Made by a program: the position numbers and the translations under genes. Positions 46,514-55,804 of a stretch of 64,000 nucleotides of DNA are shown here, piece by piece (the stretch's first letter is position 1; each line of letters opens with the position of its first letter). Source of the stretch: an uncultured Terracidiphilus sp. (GTDB lineage Bacteria > Acidobacteriota > Terriglobia > Terriglobales > Acidobacteriaceae); NCBI GenBank assembly GCA_964420185.1, contig CAYQSI010000010.1, forward strand, positions 4,456 through 68,455. Direction: 5' to 3'. The notes below the pieces were generated by a model. The model saw only the letters and a list, made by a program, of their open reading frames with translations, was not told where the DNA came from and did not search any database.

Positions 46514-48829
46514 ATGAAGATCACGATCAACGGGCAAGACTACACGGCCACGCTCGATGCAGTGCGGCCGTTGACGATTGAGCGCAAACTGAACGAGCCC
46601 TCTGTATGTCAACTGTGGCTGAGCTTGCCAAGCAACGGCACCTTACAGATGCCCTTGCGCAACCAATCCATGGCGGTAACTGGCGATGATGGAACTTGTT
46701 ATTTTACGGGTTACATTGCGGTAACGCCACAGCCTGAATATGCCGGCTTTGCGATGGAGGGCCCGCGCTACAGGATTGCCGTCCAGGCCTTGAGCGACGA
46801 ACTACTGCTGGACCAATTGCTAATGCCTCCCAGCACGGGCTCAACAGGCGAAAGCGCCGGGGCGCTATTGACTGCGCTGGTAACTCGCACGGGAGCCACC
46901 ACGCTATCAACTCAAGGGCTTTCGCTTAGCGCGGCGGTGAGTAACTTCGTTCCCGATCCTGGAGCGGCGTGGAGCACGAGCGCGGGACAGGTGGCAAGCA
47001 TGGCGCGGGCCGCGTATCGTGCGATCAATGGCGCTCTGACGGTCTGCCCAGTGCAGAGTACTGTGCATCCGCTGAACGAAACAAGCGGCAGCCTCAACCT
47101 GGCAACCCTGTCGCTTACGGCCAGCGTCAAGCGCGCCCTGGCAAACGATGTGACGGTTTGCGGCGAGCACGAGCCGGTTGCTTATGTGACCGAATACTTT
47201 CTGGGTGACGGGGTAACAACACAGTTTTATCTTGCGGCCGATCCTTTCTTTCTGGCTTCATCCAAGTCCACCATCATCAGCGAGCTATTCAACCAAGCCC
47301 AGATTAACGAGCGCGTGTGGGGCGTTAGCGGCGGAGCCGGTTATCTCTCGCTGGGCGCTGGCGGACTCACGATGAATGGCGGCAATGGCATTGACGGGGA
47401 AACATTGCTGACCTGGCTTGACCCGGTGGAGATGGGCGGAACGCTGCTGCTGGAGGCTGTGGGTGTAACTCTTTCCCCAGGCAGCACGGGGGCCTTGGCT
47501 GGTTTCTTTGTGGGTATGGACACGCAGGCCATGTGCATTGCTGGCTTCCACGCGACGGCGCAGCAAGGCACAGGGGCCGTCACATTGCAACCACTTATTC
47601 AGGGAAGCCCGGCGGGAACGGCTTATGCGATCAATCCTGCCAACCAATACACGCTGCGCGTTAGGGTGCATTGTCTGGAGAACGAACGGGAGTTGGCAAT
47701 CTATCGTTCCTTTGGAGATAGCGGAGCAATTACCTCCGGCGGGCAGTGGAATGCAGCTCCGGGAAACATTCAGATGGAGATCCAGCAGTTTGTCAACGGA
47801 GTGGGCGGGACGCCGGTGACGCTCTATGATGGAGCAATCGCCAGCCTTCCAGGCGCCTGCAATGTGGTGGCTGCGAGCAGCATCAACCTGATTGGAACCA
47901 TGCGCGCGCTCAATTTGACCAATCTCGGCTCTGGCTGGGTGGTGAGCACGCCCCCGGCAGGCGGTTCCTATACCCGACGGGTTGGTACGACGGCCGAGGC
48001 GGCTGAGTGTCATCTGGAGCGCACGGGCCAGGTGGTGTTTTACGCAGGATATGCACCCGTGGCCGGCGAACAGATTGCTGTGAGTTACCGCACGATGGGC
48101 AGGGCTGTGGGACGAGCAGTCAACGCTGCCAGCCAGCAGGCGCTTGCGCAGGCGGGAATGCCCGTTGAGGCCGCGTGGATCGGCTCGGTGACAAATCCAC
48201 CGGCGCGCAGTTCCGCGGATTGCCGCAATGCGGCTTTGGTTATGGAGCAGGCAGCGGCCGGCGTGAGCGCGCTGTGGAGCGGAAGTTACAAAGGAAGCAG
48301 AATGAGCTTCGCCACCGATGTGTGGCCGGGTGATGCGCTTTTGCTCAACGCGCCTTCAACCGACTTGAACGCGCAGGTGGTGGTGCGAACTGTTGCGATG
48401 AGTTACAGAGCAAGCTATCCAGACTTAGTGGAGTATGCTATCGCTTTTGCCAACGACTGGGCTGACGATCTGGCCATCAAGACCAGCGAGACAGTGCCTG
48501 CGGATGCGTGGCTTCCGGCGTCCATCGCACCCACCGTACTTGCCAATCTCAACGGCCTCACGGTGACAGCGTTGAATGGGAGCACGGTGACGATCAATGC
48601 CGGAGTTACGCCGCCCGCGGGTGGAGGATTCGAGATTCGGCGGCGGGATTTCGCCTTCATGCCAGGCGAAGACCCGGACCTGGTGATGCGGGCGACTCAG
48701 CCGACCATGACCTTTTCCCGCGCAACCGCCAACGACCGGTTCTATGTCAGGATGTATGACGGCTCGACGCCTCCGAACTACTCGGAGTTTTCAACGGCAT
48801 TGTTCATCAACCTGCCGCTGGGATCGTAA
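46514..48829 (+). CDS. Large phage tail/baseplate-type protein
   Basis: 771 aa. The N-terminal 'MKITINGQDYTATLDAVRPLTIERKLNEPSVCQLWLSL' resembles gpD/hub-like or tail-tubular openings. It is the last large structural ORF. Confidence 0.5.
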   Translation: MKITINGQDYTATLDAVRPLTIERKLNEPSVCQLWLSLPSNGTLQMPLRNQSMAVTGDDGTCYFTGYIAVTPQPEYAGFAMEGPRYRIAVQALSDELLLDQLLMPPSTGSTGESAGALLTALVTRTGATTLSTQGLSLSAAVSNFVPDPGAAWSTSAGQVASMARAAYRAINGALTVCPVQSTVHPLNETSGSLNLATLSLTASVKRALANDVTVCGEHEPVAYVTEYFLGDGVTTQFYLAADPFFLASSKSTIISELFNQAQINERVWGVSGGAGYLSLGAGGLTMNGGNGIDGETLLTWLDPVEMGGTLLLEAVGVTLSPGSTGALAGFFVGMDTQAMCIAGFHATAQQGTGAVTLQPLIQGSPAGTAYAINPANQYTLRVRVHCLENERELAIYRSFGDSGAITSGGQWNAAPGNIQMEIQQFVNGVGGTPVTLYDGAIASLPGACNVVAASSINLIGTMRALNLTNLGSGWVVSTPPAGGSYTRRVGTTAEAAECHLERTGQVVFYAGYAPVAGEQIAVSYRTMGRAVGRAVNAASQQALAQAGMPVEAAWIGSVTNPPARSSADCRNAALVMEQAAAGVSALWSGSYKGSRMSFATDVWPGDALLLNAPSTDLNAQVVVRTVAMSYRASYPDLVEYAIAFANDWADDLAIKTSETVPADAWLPASIAPTVLANLNGLTVTALNGSTVTINAGVTPPAGGGFEIRRRDFAFMPGEDPDLVMRATQPTMTFSRATANDRFYVRMYDGSTPPNYSEFSTALFINLPLGS

Positions 48830-48873
48830 ACGATAACTTTTTTAGTAACGATAGGCAGATGGAGTCCGGCTAC

Positions 48874-48984
48874 AGCGGTTCTCCAGTTGCTTCAGAGAGA
48901 AACCACTGCCGCTGAGTGGCTTTTTCCTCAAGAAAAAGCCACAAGGTATGATGCCCGAAACGCCACGGAAACTGGAGAACCGCT
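48874..48984 (+). promoter_or_regulatory. Nested stem-loop that pairs the Shine-Dalgarno region of the following small ORF
   Basis: Outer perfect 15-bp inverted repeat: 'agcggttctccagtt'(48874-48888) with 'aactggagaaccgct'(48970-48984). Inner perfect 11-bp hairpin: 'gtggctttttc-ctcaa-gaaaaagccac'(48916-48942). GGAG at 48974-48977 lies in the 3' arm, and the ATG is at 48988. Confidence 0.55.
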
Positions 48985-48987
48985 CTG

Positions 48988-49215
48988 ATGCGGATGATGA
49001 ATGAATTCGAAGCGCAGGTGTTGAGCGATTTGAGCGTGCTGAAGACGCAGATGACCGGCCTGATGGGCGACGGCAACGGCGGACGCATGGCCGATCTGGA
49101 ACGGCGCATGGAGCGCCACGAGCAAAACTGGCAGCGCGCCAAGGGATTTCTGGCGGCTGTCAGCGTAGTATTCGCGGTCATCGAAGTGGCTGTGCGGGCG
49201 CTGTACCGGCATTGA
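48988..49215 (+). CDS. Small tail-anchored membrane protein (75 aa)
   Basis: Hydrophilic, coiled N-terminal part and a single C-terminal TM segment 'GFLAAVSVVFAVIEVAVRALY'. Last ORF of the phage-like block. Confidence 0.4.
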   Translation: MRMMNEFEAQVLSDLSVLKTQMTGLMGDGNGGRMADLERRMERHEQNWQRAKGFLAAVSVVFAVIEVAVRALYRH

Positions 49216-49277
49216 GAACAGGGTATGAAAATGCGTCAACCAGGAAAATGCGAAGCAAGGGATAGAACGAATCGCCA

Positions 49278-49392
49278 GAGCATTTTTAATGTTTCCGCAA
49301 TGCCAGAGTCGTGGTATTCCACCCTTGCCGCAAGAACAAAAACGCGGCAAGGATGGGGCACCCAGGACCTTACACGATCTTTAGAAATGATC
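49278..49392. mobile_element. Family-A MITE, full copy (right TIR slightly degenerate)
   Basis: 'gagcatttttaatgtttccgcaatgccagagtcgtggtattccacccttgccgcaagaacaaaaacgcggcaaggatggggcacccaggaccttacacgatctttagaaatgatc'. Confidence 0.85.
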
Positions 49393-49406
49393 TAATTCAA
49401 CGGCGT

Positions 49407-51224
49407 TTACCCAATGTTCTTTTCCCAGCGCTTGGGGCGGCGGTTTTGCTGCAATATCCTCTTGCGCAACCGCAGAGACTTGGGCGTGATTTCCACCACC
49501 TCATCCTCGGCGACGAACTCGATGGCCTGCTCCAGGTTCAGGGCTTTGTAAGGCACCAGGCGGACGGCTTCATCGGCGGTCGAGGCGCGCATGTTGGTCA
49601 TATGCTTCTCGCGCACCACGTTCACGTCGAGGTCGTTATCGCGTGAGTGCTCGCCGACGATCATTCCCTCGTAAACCTCAACCCCCGCGCCTACAAACAA
49701 AACTCCGCGCTCTTGCAGGCCGTTCAGCGAATAGGTTGTGGTAAGTCCCTGGCGGTCGGAAATCAACGCGCCGGTGGGCCGCTGCGGAATCTCACCCTGA
49801 TAGGGGATGTAACCGTCGAAGAGTGAGTTCATCACGATGGTGCCGCGCGTATCGGTGAGCATCTCGCTGCGCAGGCCGATGATGCCGCGGCTGGGTACAC
49901 GGAACTCCATGCGCACGCGGCCCGAGCCGTGATTGTGCATCTTGGTCATTTCGCCCTTGCGCGGCCCCAGCTTTTCGATCACCACGCCGGTGTACGCATC
50001 GGGCACGTCGATGGTCAGGCGCTCGACCGGCTCCATGTTCACGCCGTCCACCGTCTTGGTGACGATCTCAGGCCGCCCGGCCATCAGCTCAAAGCCCTCG
50101 CGGCGCATCATCTCGATCAAAATCGCAAGTTGCAGTTCGCCCCGGCCCAGCACCTTGAAGCTGTCTGGCGAGCCGGTCTCTTCCACGCGAATCGAGACGT
50201 TGATGAGCAGTTCTTTTTCCAGGCGCTCGCGCAGGTTGCGGCTGGTTACATACTGACCCTCGCGCCCGGCAAAGGGCGAGTTGTTCACGCTGAACTGAAT
50301 GGCGATGGTCGGCTCGTCAATCACAATCAGCGGCAGCGGCGCGGGGTTTTCGACGCTGGTGATGGTCTCGCCGATGGTGATGCCCTCGACGCCAGCGACG
50401 GCCACAATGTCGCCCATGACGGTCTCGGCAATTTCAGTCCGCTTCAGGCCGGAGAAGGTGAAGAGCTTGGTGATGCGCGTCTTCATCAGTGACCCATCGC
50501 GCTTGGAAATGGTCACATCGTCGCCGGTGCGCAGTGTGCCCTGGAAGACGCGGCAAATGGCGATGCGGCCCAGATAATCGGAGTAATCGAGATTGGTGAC
50601 CAGAATCTGCAATGTACCCTCGGCGTCGCCGGTGGCTGGCGGAATCGTCGAGACGATGGCCTCGAAGAGCGGCTGCAGGTCCACGCCAGGCGTGTCCGGA
50701 TCGAGGGATGCCGTGCCCGCTTTGGCCACTGCGTAGAGTACCGGGAAGTCCAGTTGCGTCTCGTCCGCATCGAGGTCGATGAAGAGGTCGTAGATCTCGT
50801 TCAATACTTCCTTGGGGCGGGCGTCGGGGCGGTCAATCTTGTTGATCACCACGATGGGCTTGAGCTTGGCTTCCAAAGCCTTGGACAGTACGTAACGGGT
50901 CTGCGGCAACGGGCCTTCGGCCGCGTCAACGAGAAGCATTACCCCGTCCACCATCTTGAGAGCGCGCTCCACTTCGCCGCCAAAGTCGGCGTGGCCGGGC
51001 GTATCTACGATGTTGATCTTGCCGCCTTCAAAAACGATGGCCGTGTTCTTGGACAGGATGGTGATGCCGCGCTCCCGCTCCAGCTCGTTCGAGTCCATCA
51101 CTCGTTCTGCCACCTGCTCGTTGGCGCGGAACGTCCCCGACTGCCGCAGCATGGCGTCTACAAGGGTTGTCTTGCCGTGGTCAACATGGGCAATGATGGC
51201 GATATTGCGTATCGTCTGGGTCAC
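49407..51224 (-). CDS. typA: translational GTPase TypA/BipA
   Basis: GTG start at 51224 lies after AAGGAAAAG. '[25 protein letters not shown]', '[14 protein letters not shown]' and 'NKIDR', with full-length collinearity to BipA. Confidence 0.93.
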   Translation of the reverse strand: MTQTIRNIAIIAHVDHGKTTLVDAMLRQSGTFRANEQVAERVMDSNELERERGITILSKNTAIVFEGGKINIVDTPGHADFGGEVERALKMVDGVMLLVDAAEGPLPQTRYVLSKALEAKLKPIVVINKIDRPDARPKEVLNEIYDLFIDLDADETQLDFPVLYAVAKAGTASLDPDTPGVDLQPLFEAIVSTIPPATGDAEGTLQILVTNLDYSDYLGRIAICRVFQGTLRTGDDVTISKRDGSLMKTRITKLFTFSGLKRTEIAETVMGDIVAVAGVEGITIGETITSVENPAPLPLIVIDEPTIAIQFSVNNSPFAGREGQYVTSRNLRERLEKELLINVSIRVEETGSPDSFKVLGRGELQLAILIEMMRREGFELMAGRPEIVTKTVDGVNMEPVERLTIDVPDAYTGVVIEKLGPRKGEMTKMHNHGSGRVRMEFRVPSRGIIGLRSEMLTDTRGTIVMNSLFDGYIPYQGEIPQRPTGALISDRQGLTTTYSLNGLQERGVLFVGAGVEVYEGMIVGEHSRDNDLDVNVVREKHMTNMRASTADEAVRLVPYKALNLEQAIEFVAEDEVVEITPKSLRLRKRILQQNRRPKRWEKNIG

Positions 51225-51458
51225 AGGGTAGCTTTTCCTTCTTTTGGTTCGGCCTAAGAGGCCATAGGGTTGGGGAACAAATAAGTCAATTCGCCGCACA
51301 CTGCGGCACTTTCTATTGTATCAGCAGGGGAGAAAAGCAGATTCTTGGGCCTATGATCCCGCTTCAAATGGCCTGAAGACGGCAGCAAACAGCCTGGTTC
51401 CGGACCCGAGGCGCGCGATTCGCGGTAAGATGGGTCTCGCTTCGCTTTTGCCTAACCT

Positions 51459-51587
51459 ATGGCCCGTCCAGCAAAGTTCCGACCAAACAAGCCGCGCTCG
51501 CACCGCCTGATTCTGGTGTGCGTGGTCGCATTTGCCGTTTTGCTGTCGCTGCTGCGGATGGTTTTGTATGTGCGCGGGCGGCGATGA
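51459..51587 (+). CDS. Possible 42-aa single-TM peptide
   Basis: ATG..TGA reads 'MARPAKFRPNKPRSHRLILVCVVAFAVLLSLLRMVLYVRGRR'. There is no clear ribosome-binding site, and it is below the ORF-track length cut-off. Confidence 0.2.
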   Translation: MARPAKFRPNKPRSHRLILVCVVAFAVLLSLLRMVLYVRGRR

Positions 51588-51710
51588 ACACGCGGTTTCC
51601 ACTGCTTCACAGGTTGTGTGTTGCTGCGGAATCAATGCACGGATGTCGCTGCTTTTAAATAGGTTAGCCGGGGACGCACAGTTTCACGGGGAAAAACGCG
51701 AAAAACAAAA

Positions 51711-51742
51711 GCGGGGTTAGCGGAGTTGGCGGGGTTAGCGCG
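51711..51742. repeat. Degenerate GTTAGC word array
   Basis: 'gcggggttagcggagttggcggggttagcgcg'. Confidence 0.6.
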
Positions 51743-52058
51743 CTGGCAGCGAGGCTGGTTTCGGTAACGTTGCGCATGGCTTCTCTGGCCGGAGGGGATT
51801 TCGCTTCTTTGTCAATCTCTTCCAGTGTGCGCCAATGGAGGGTTATTTTCGGCCAGCACGGACCGTTCAGGCGTACGCCTTCGGTTGATCAGGCAATGTT
51901 TGTGGTTTGAGTGGAAAAATGGAAAGGTTGGGCTCGTGGTTTCCCAGGTCCTAAAAGCGAGACCCTTCGACTTCGCCCAGGGCAGGCTCTGGGGCACCCG
52001 GCAGGTTGAGGGCCATCGTTTCCCAGGTCCGAAAATCCGGACTTGAGGCATCCTTTCA

Positions 52059-52757
52059 TTAGTGAGTTGGACCTGCGCCACTTGTCATTCTCTTCAAATA
52101 GAACGGAGTAGACCACCCGCTGGAGGGAGCAGAGACCGCGAGGCTCGTTAATAATCTGCAGTTGATTTCCTTTATTCCGTCCTCAAACGATGAGTGCAAT
52201 AAACACTTTGGAATCCATTCATTTTGGGTTTTCAATACCTTGAGTATTTGTTCGGCTTTGTGAATATCGATATAACCTTCGTCGTAAAGAAAAGCAAACA
52301 TGTCGTATGACCTGAATACCTTTGGTGGAAGCTGTTTTCCGCTTGATTCCAGCGCCCGTATTGCATTCGCATCGTTGCTAACTGTAGGAGTGTCCAATAG
52401 TATACCTGCCGCATGTGTATAAGCTTCGCCGGTCCCGACATAAAGAGCATAATCTTTTCCAAGCCGTCTGATATCTGCTAGAGAGACAGACGCAGACATT
52501 ACGGAACTCAGTTGCTCTAGATCTGAGGAACTCAAGATTTTAAGGTGCCCGCTCTTTAAGGAGCTATCTAATGGAATCCTCACAAGCGCCCCAAGTTTCC
52601 TATTAGAGCGAACCTCAACCTCAACTTCACTCATAATGTACGAAGAAACCCCAAAGTCTGTGAAAAGAACCTTGAAAAGCTGCTGCTGACCGGCCAGTAG
52701 AATTTGGAGTAGAGCATCCGAGTCGAAAAAGAACGAAACTTCCGGCTCGGTAGCCAT
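52059..52757 (-). CDS. PIN-like domain protein (putative nuclease)
   Basis: 232 aa. The acidic residues are spaced as in PIN domains: 'SFFFDSDALLQIL', 'MSEVEVEV' and 'GEAYTHAAGILLDTPTVSNDANAI'. The start codon overlaps the upstream stop (TAATG). Sits in a low-GC region. Confidence 0.5.
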   Translation of the reverse strand: MATEPEVSFFFDSDALLQILLAGQQQLFKVLFTDFGVSSYIMSEVEVEVRSNRKLGALVRIPLDSSLKSGHLKILSSSDLEQLSSVMSASVSLADIRRLGKDYALYVGTGEAYTHAAGILLDTPTVSNDANAIRALESSGKQLPPKVFRSYDMFAFLYDEGYIDIHKAEQILKVLKTQNEWIPKCLLHSSFEDGIKEINCRLLTSLAVSAPSSGWSTPFYLKRMTSGAGPTH

Positions 52758-54142
52758 TACTCCATGACCTCCGCAGCCACATCAGAGAATCTTGAGGCGA
52801 ATGTGCTCTCATCGATCATTAGCAATTCAGCAGCCCTGCTCACGCTGATGCTATATGCCTTGACTGCTTCTAGGACCGCTTTCACATAGGGCACAGGTAG
52901 AAGCAACTTCCTCTTGGTCGATGATGTGAGCCGCTTACCCTTCCACGCTGAAGCCGCCTTCGGGCCGATTTTAGCTTCGTACTCATTTGTGCTTAAAGCG
53001 TGAATAGATATTTCTCGAAGTTCCTGGGCAATATCATAGGAAAGATAATGTTGAAACAGAGCTTCATCAATCAAGTCGCGATCTCGCATCACTTGAACAA
53101 TAGTCTTTCTCTCAACGCCTGATTGCGCTACTAGAACTGCCAGTGCCTCTTGAGTCAACTTCGAAGGCTGGTAGCCGTTCTTATTGCAAAGGCTCAAAAG
53201 GAGCTTCCTAGGCAGGAGTGTTTCGCGCGCGAACGTCTCAGCGCGCACTTCTATCACCGTTTGCTGGTCCGTTGTACTGCCAGCATCTGAGATAGTATCG
53301 ATCTGCCCACCGGAGGTCTGATCGAAAAGCGCATGCCCCAATTCATGCATGATAATGACGTTGCGCCTGAACCACGTCGTCCTATAAGTATTTACAAAAA
53401 TACAAGGTCGCTGCGCTGAGCTTTCTCCGACATAAAAACTGCAGCCCTCCACTTCCGATTGCGGAAGCGGGCTCTCAATGAGTAGAATCCCCTTCGACCG
53501 CAGTTGATCGCGAAGTATTTCGCCTGATCCATTAGCTCCATGGCCAAATTGATTTAGCTCGCAAAAGACACGTGCGGCAACCCTCCCTTGATCGGCGGGA
53601 GATGCTTGAATATCGATCTGACGCATTATGGTCTGGAAAATAACATCCCAGGCTTTGTTAGGTTGACCGAGTGTCGCCTGCTCCAATTCGTTGGCGTTGT
53701 GTCCGAGCCGCCGAATTGCGAGGATTGATTCTCTATCGGCGTCTGTAAATTCACTACCGCGGAATTTGAACCAGATTGCAGCTGGCTCTCCTTTAGGCTG
53801 CCCCTCTGCGGAGCCAATTGAATTGGATGTTAGAACCTCGGCCTTTACCCCTAATGTTGCGGCGAGAATTGCCGCATAAGAGGGGGGCATCTCTCGCTGA
53901 GAATTGACCCATTGTTGAAAGATTTCATGGTCAACTCCCAACACATCTGCGCAAGCATTCGTTCCTATGCCTGCTTGCTCTATGGTCTTCAGCAGAGACA
54001 TCTTCCTCACCCGGTCTCGTTCCTCACCCAGTCTCGGAATCGAGACATATATCTGTTGACTTCCGAAGATGACACTACCACGCTCATCCCGAATTATCGG
54101 CAACGGACAGGCGGAGTTCAGTTTCCGTACACAATCAATCAT
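52757..54142 (-). CDS. XRE-HTH + ImmA/IrrE (COG2856, DUF955) zinc metallopeptidase fusion protein
   Basis: 461 aa. HTH region 'LKTIEQAGIGTNACADVLGVDHEIFQQWVNSQREMPPSYAAILAATLGV', the HEXXH motif 'IIMHELGHALFD', and a second HTH-like segment near the C-terminus. An alternative start lies at 54001. Confidence 0.75.
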   Translation of the reverse strand: MIDCVRKLNSACPLPIIRDERGSVIFGSQQIYVSIPRLGEERDRVRKMSLLKTIEQAGIGTNACADVLGVDHEIFQQWVNSQREMPPSYAAILAATLGVKAEVLTSNSIGSAEGQPKGEPAAIWFKFRGSEFTDADRESILAIRRLGHNANELEQATLGQPNKAWDVIFQTIMRQIDIQASPADQGRVAARVFCELNQFGHGANGSGEILRDQLRSKGILLIESPLPQSEVEGCSFYVGESSAQRPCIFVNTYRTTWFRRNVIIMHELGHALFDQTSGGQIDTISDAGSTTDQQTVIEVRAETFARETLLPRKLLLSLCNKNGYQPSKLTQEALAVLVAQSGVERKTIVQVMRDRDLIDEALFQHYLSYDIAQELREISIHALSTNEYEAKIGPKAASAWKGKRLTSSTKRKLLLPVPYVKAVLEAVKAYSISVSRAAELLMIDESTFASRFSDVAAEVME

Positions 54143-54266
54143 CAGTCAACAGGCTATTGCTGCGCAAGAGTTTCCCAAAATAAACGCGCAACGTAGTCCC
54201 AGCCGTGTGCGGGTTCCCCAGGCCTCGCTTCTGGGACCTGGGATTCACCCATGAACAGCGCAGTCG

Positions 54267-55343
54267 CTACCCTCTGCGGCCGCGGACGGCTTCCTTGGCT
54301 TCGGCGGGGCCGGTGGCGGGGACTTCGGGGATGTCGGCCTTGAGGCTGGTGATACCCAGCTTCTTGCGCAGTTCGGCGTCCATTTTGGCGAAGACTTCCT
54401 TGTTCTCCTTGAGGAAGGTGCGGGTGTTTTCGCGCCCCTGGCCGATGCGCTCGCCAGCGTAGCTATACCAGGCGCCGGACTTCTCGGCGATATTGTTGGC
54501 CACAGCCTGGTCGAGCACGTCGCCCTCGCGGCTGATGCCCTCGCCGTAGAGAATGTCGAACTCCGCCTCGCGGAAGGGCGCGGCCACCTTGTTCTTGACG
54601 ATCTTGACCTTGGTCCGGTTGCCGGTGACGGCGTCGCCATCCTTGATGGCGGCGATGCGGCGAATGTCCACGCGCATCGACGAGTAGAACTTGAGCGCAC
54701 GACCGCCGGTGGTGGTTTCCGGGTTGCCGAACATGACGCCAATCTTCTCGCGGATCTGGTTGATGAAGATCAGCGCGGTGCGGGATTTGGAGACCGTGCC
54801 GGTGAGTTTGCGCAGGGCCTGGGACATGAGCCGGGCCTGCAGACCCATGTGGGACTCGCCCATCTCGCCGTCCAACTCAGCCTTGGGCACCAGCGCGGCC
54901 ACCGAGTCCAGCACCAGCACGTCGATGGCGCCGGAGCGGACCAGGGCCTCCGTGATTTCCAGAGCCTGTTCGCCGCTGTCGGGCTGCGAAACCAGAAGAT
55001 TGTCGATATCCACGCCCAGTTTTTTGGCGTACTGGGGGTCGAGGGCGTGCTCAGCATCGACAAATGCCGCCAGGCCACCGGCCTTTTGCGCCTCGGCGAT
55101 CACCTGCAGGCAAATGGTGGTTTTGCCCGAGGACTCGGGGCCGTAAACCTCGGTGACGCGGCCGCGCGGGATTCCACCCACGCCCGTTGCTGCGTCAAAG
55201 CTGATGGAGCCGGTGGAGATCACGGCAATCGGCACCAGCGCCTCTTTGGACCCGAGCCGGACAATCGACCCTTTGCCAAACTGTTTTTCGATCTGTGCAA
55301 GGGCAAGTTCTACGGCCTTGGCGCGGTCATCGGCAATTGCCAT
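54267..55343 (-). CDS. recA: recombinase RecA
   Basis: '[23 protein letters not shown]', '[21 protein letters not shown]' and '[22 protein letters not shown]'. Confidence 0.97.
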   Translation of the reverse strand: MAIADDRAKAVELALAQIEKQFGKGSIVRLGSKEALVPIAVISTGSISFDAATGVGGIPRGRVTEVYGPESSGKTTICLQVIAEAQKAGGLAAFVDAEHALDPQYAKKLGVDIDNLLVSQPDSGEQALEITEALVRSGAIDVLVLDSVAALVPKAELDGEMGESHMGLQARLMSQALRKLTGTVSKSRTALIFINQIREKIGVMFGNPETTTGGRALKFYSSMRVDIRRIAAIKDGDAVTGNRTKVKIVKNKVAAPFREAEFDILYGEGISREGDVLDQAVANNIAEKSGAWYSYAGERIGQGRENTRTFLKENKEVFAKMDAELRKKLGITSLKADIPEVPATGPAEAKEAVRGRRG

Positions 55344-55507
55344 GGGGGATGCTCCTCAAAAAAGTGCTCACCGAACCCGGCTCCTGCATTTCTGCGAGGA
55401 AACGGCGCGGTGGCATAAATTGGATTTCGATGGGATTGTAGCAGGGCTGAAGAGACATTGACAGAGAAAAATAGCGAAGAGAAGGTGAAGGCGGGCGTGC
55501 TGGCTGC

Positions 55508-55804
55508 TCAGACGGTATAAGCGCCGACGCGGATCTCGCGGCTGGTCAGCTCGTCGCAGGCGCGGTCCAGGGTTTCGTAGTCGGCGTCGTGGTCCTTGCG
55601 GAAGGCGCGGAAGGCCTCTTCGCTGGCCCAACGGTCGATGGTCAGGTAGCTGCCGGGGATGTAGGCGTCGCGCAGCAACTCCGTGCCCTGGTAACCGGAC
55701 GATGCGCGGAAGAGTTGCGCCCAAGCGCCCTCGGCCGAATAAGCGGCCTCAAAGCCGGAAATCTTCTCTTCAGCAACCTCGAACTGCCAGACAACGACGA
55801 ACAT
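55508..55804 (-). CDS. antibiotic biosynthesis monooxygenase (ABM) domain protein
   Basis: Trimmed to 'MFVVVWQFEVAEEKISGFEAAY..'. At about 98 aa it has the size and pattern of a ferredoxin-like ABM domain. Confidence 0.65.
   Translation of the reverse strand: MFVVVWQFEVAEEKISGFEAAYSAEGAWAQLFRASSGYQGTELLRDAYIPGSYLTIDRWASEEAFRAFRKDHDADYETLDRACDELTSREIRVGAYTV

Noticed and set aside
26885-49406. att-type direct repeats or an integrase marking prophage ends.
   Set aside because: By eye I found no duplicated core at the two borders apart from the generic host repeat families, and no recombinase-like ORF. A proper repeat search could still find short att cores.
55344-55507. A LexA (SOS) box upstream of recA, looking for the GTTC-N7-GTTC type I recall being reported for Acidobacterium.
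   Set aside because: Only a single GTTC half-site ('gggttcggtgagcactt' on the recA strand) is present, without the second repeat. A possible promoter (CTGTCA-N18-TACAAT) is weak evidence, so I am not calling either.
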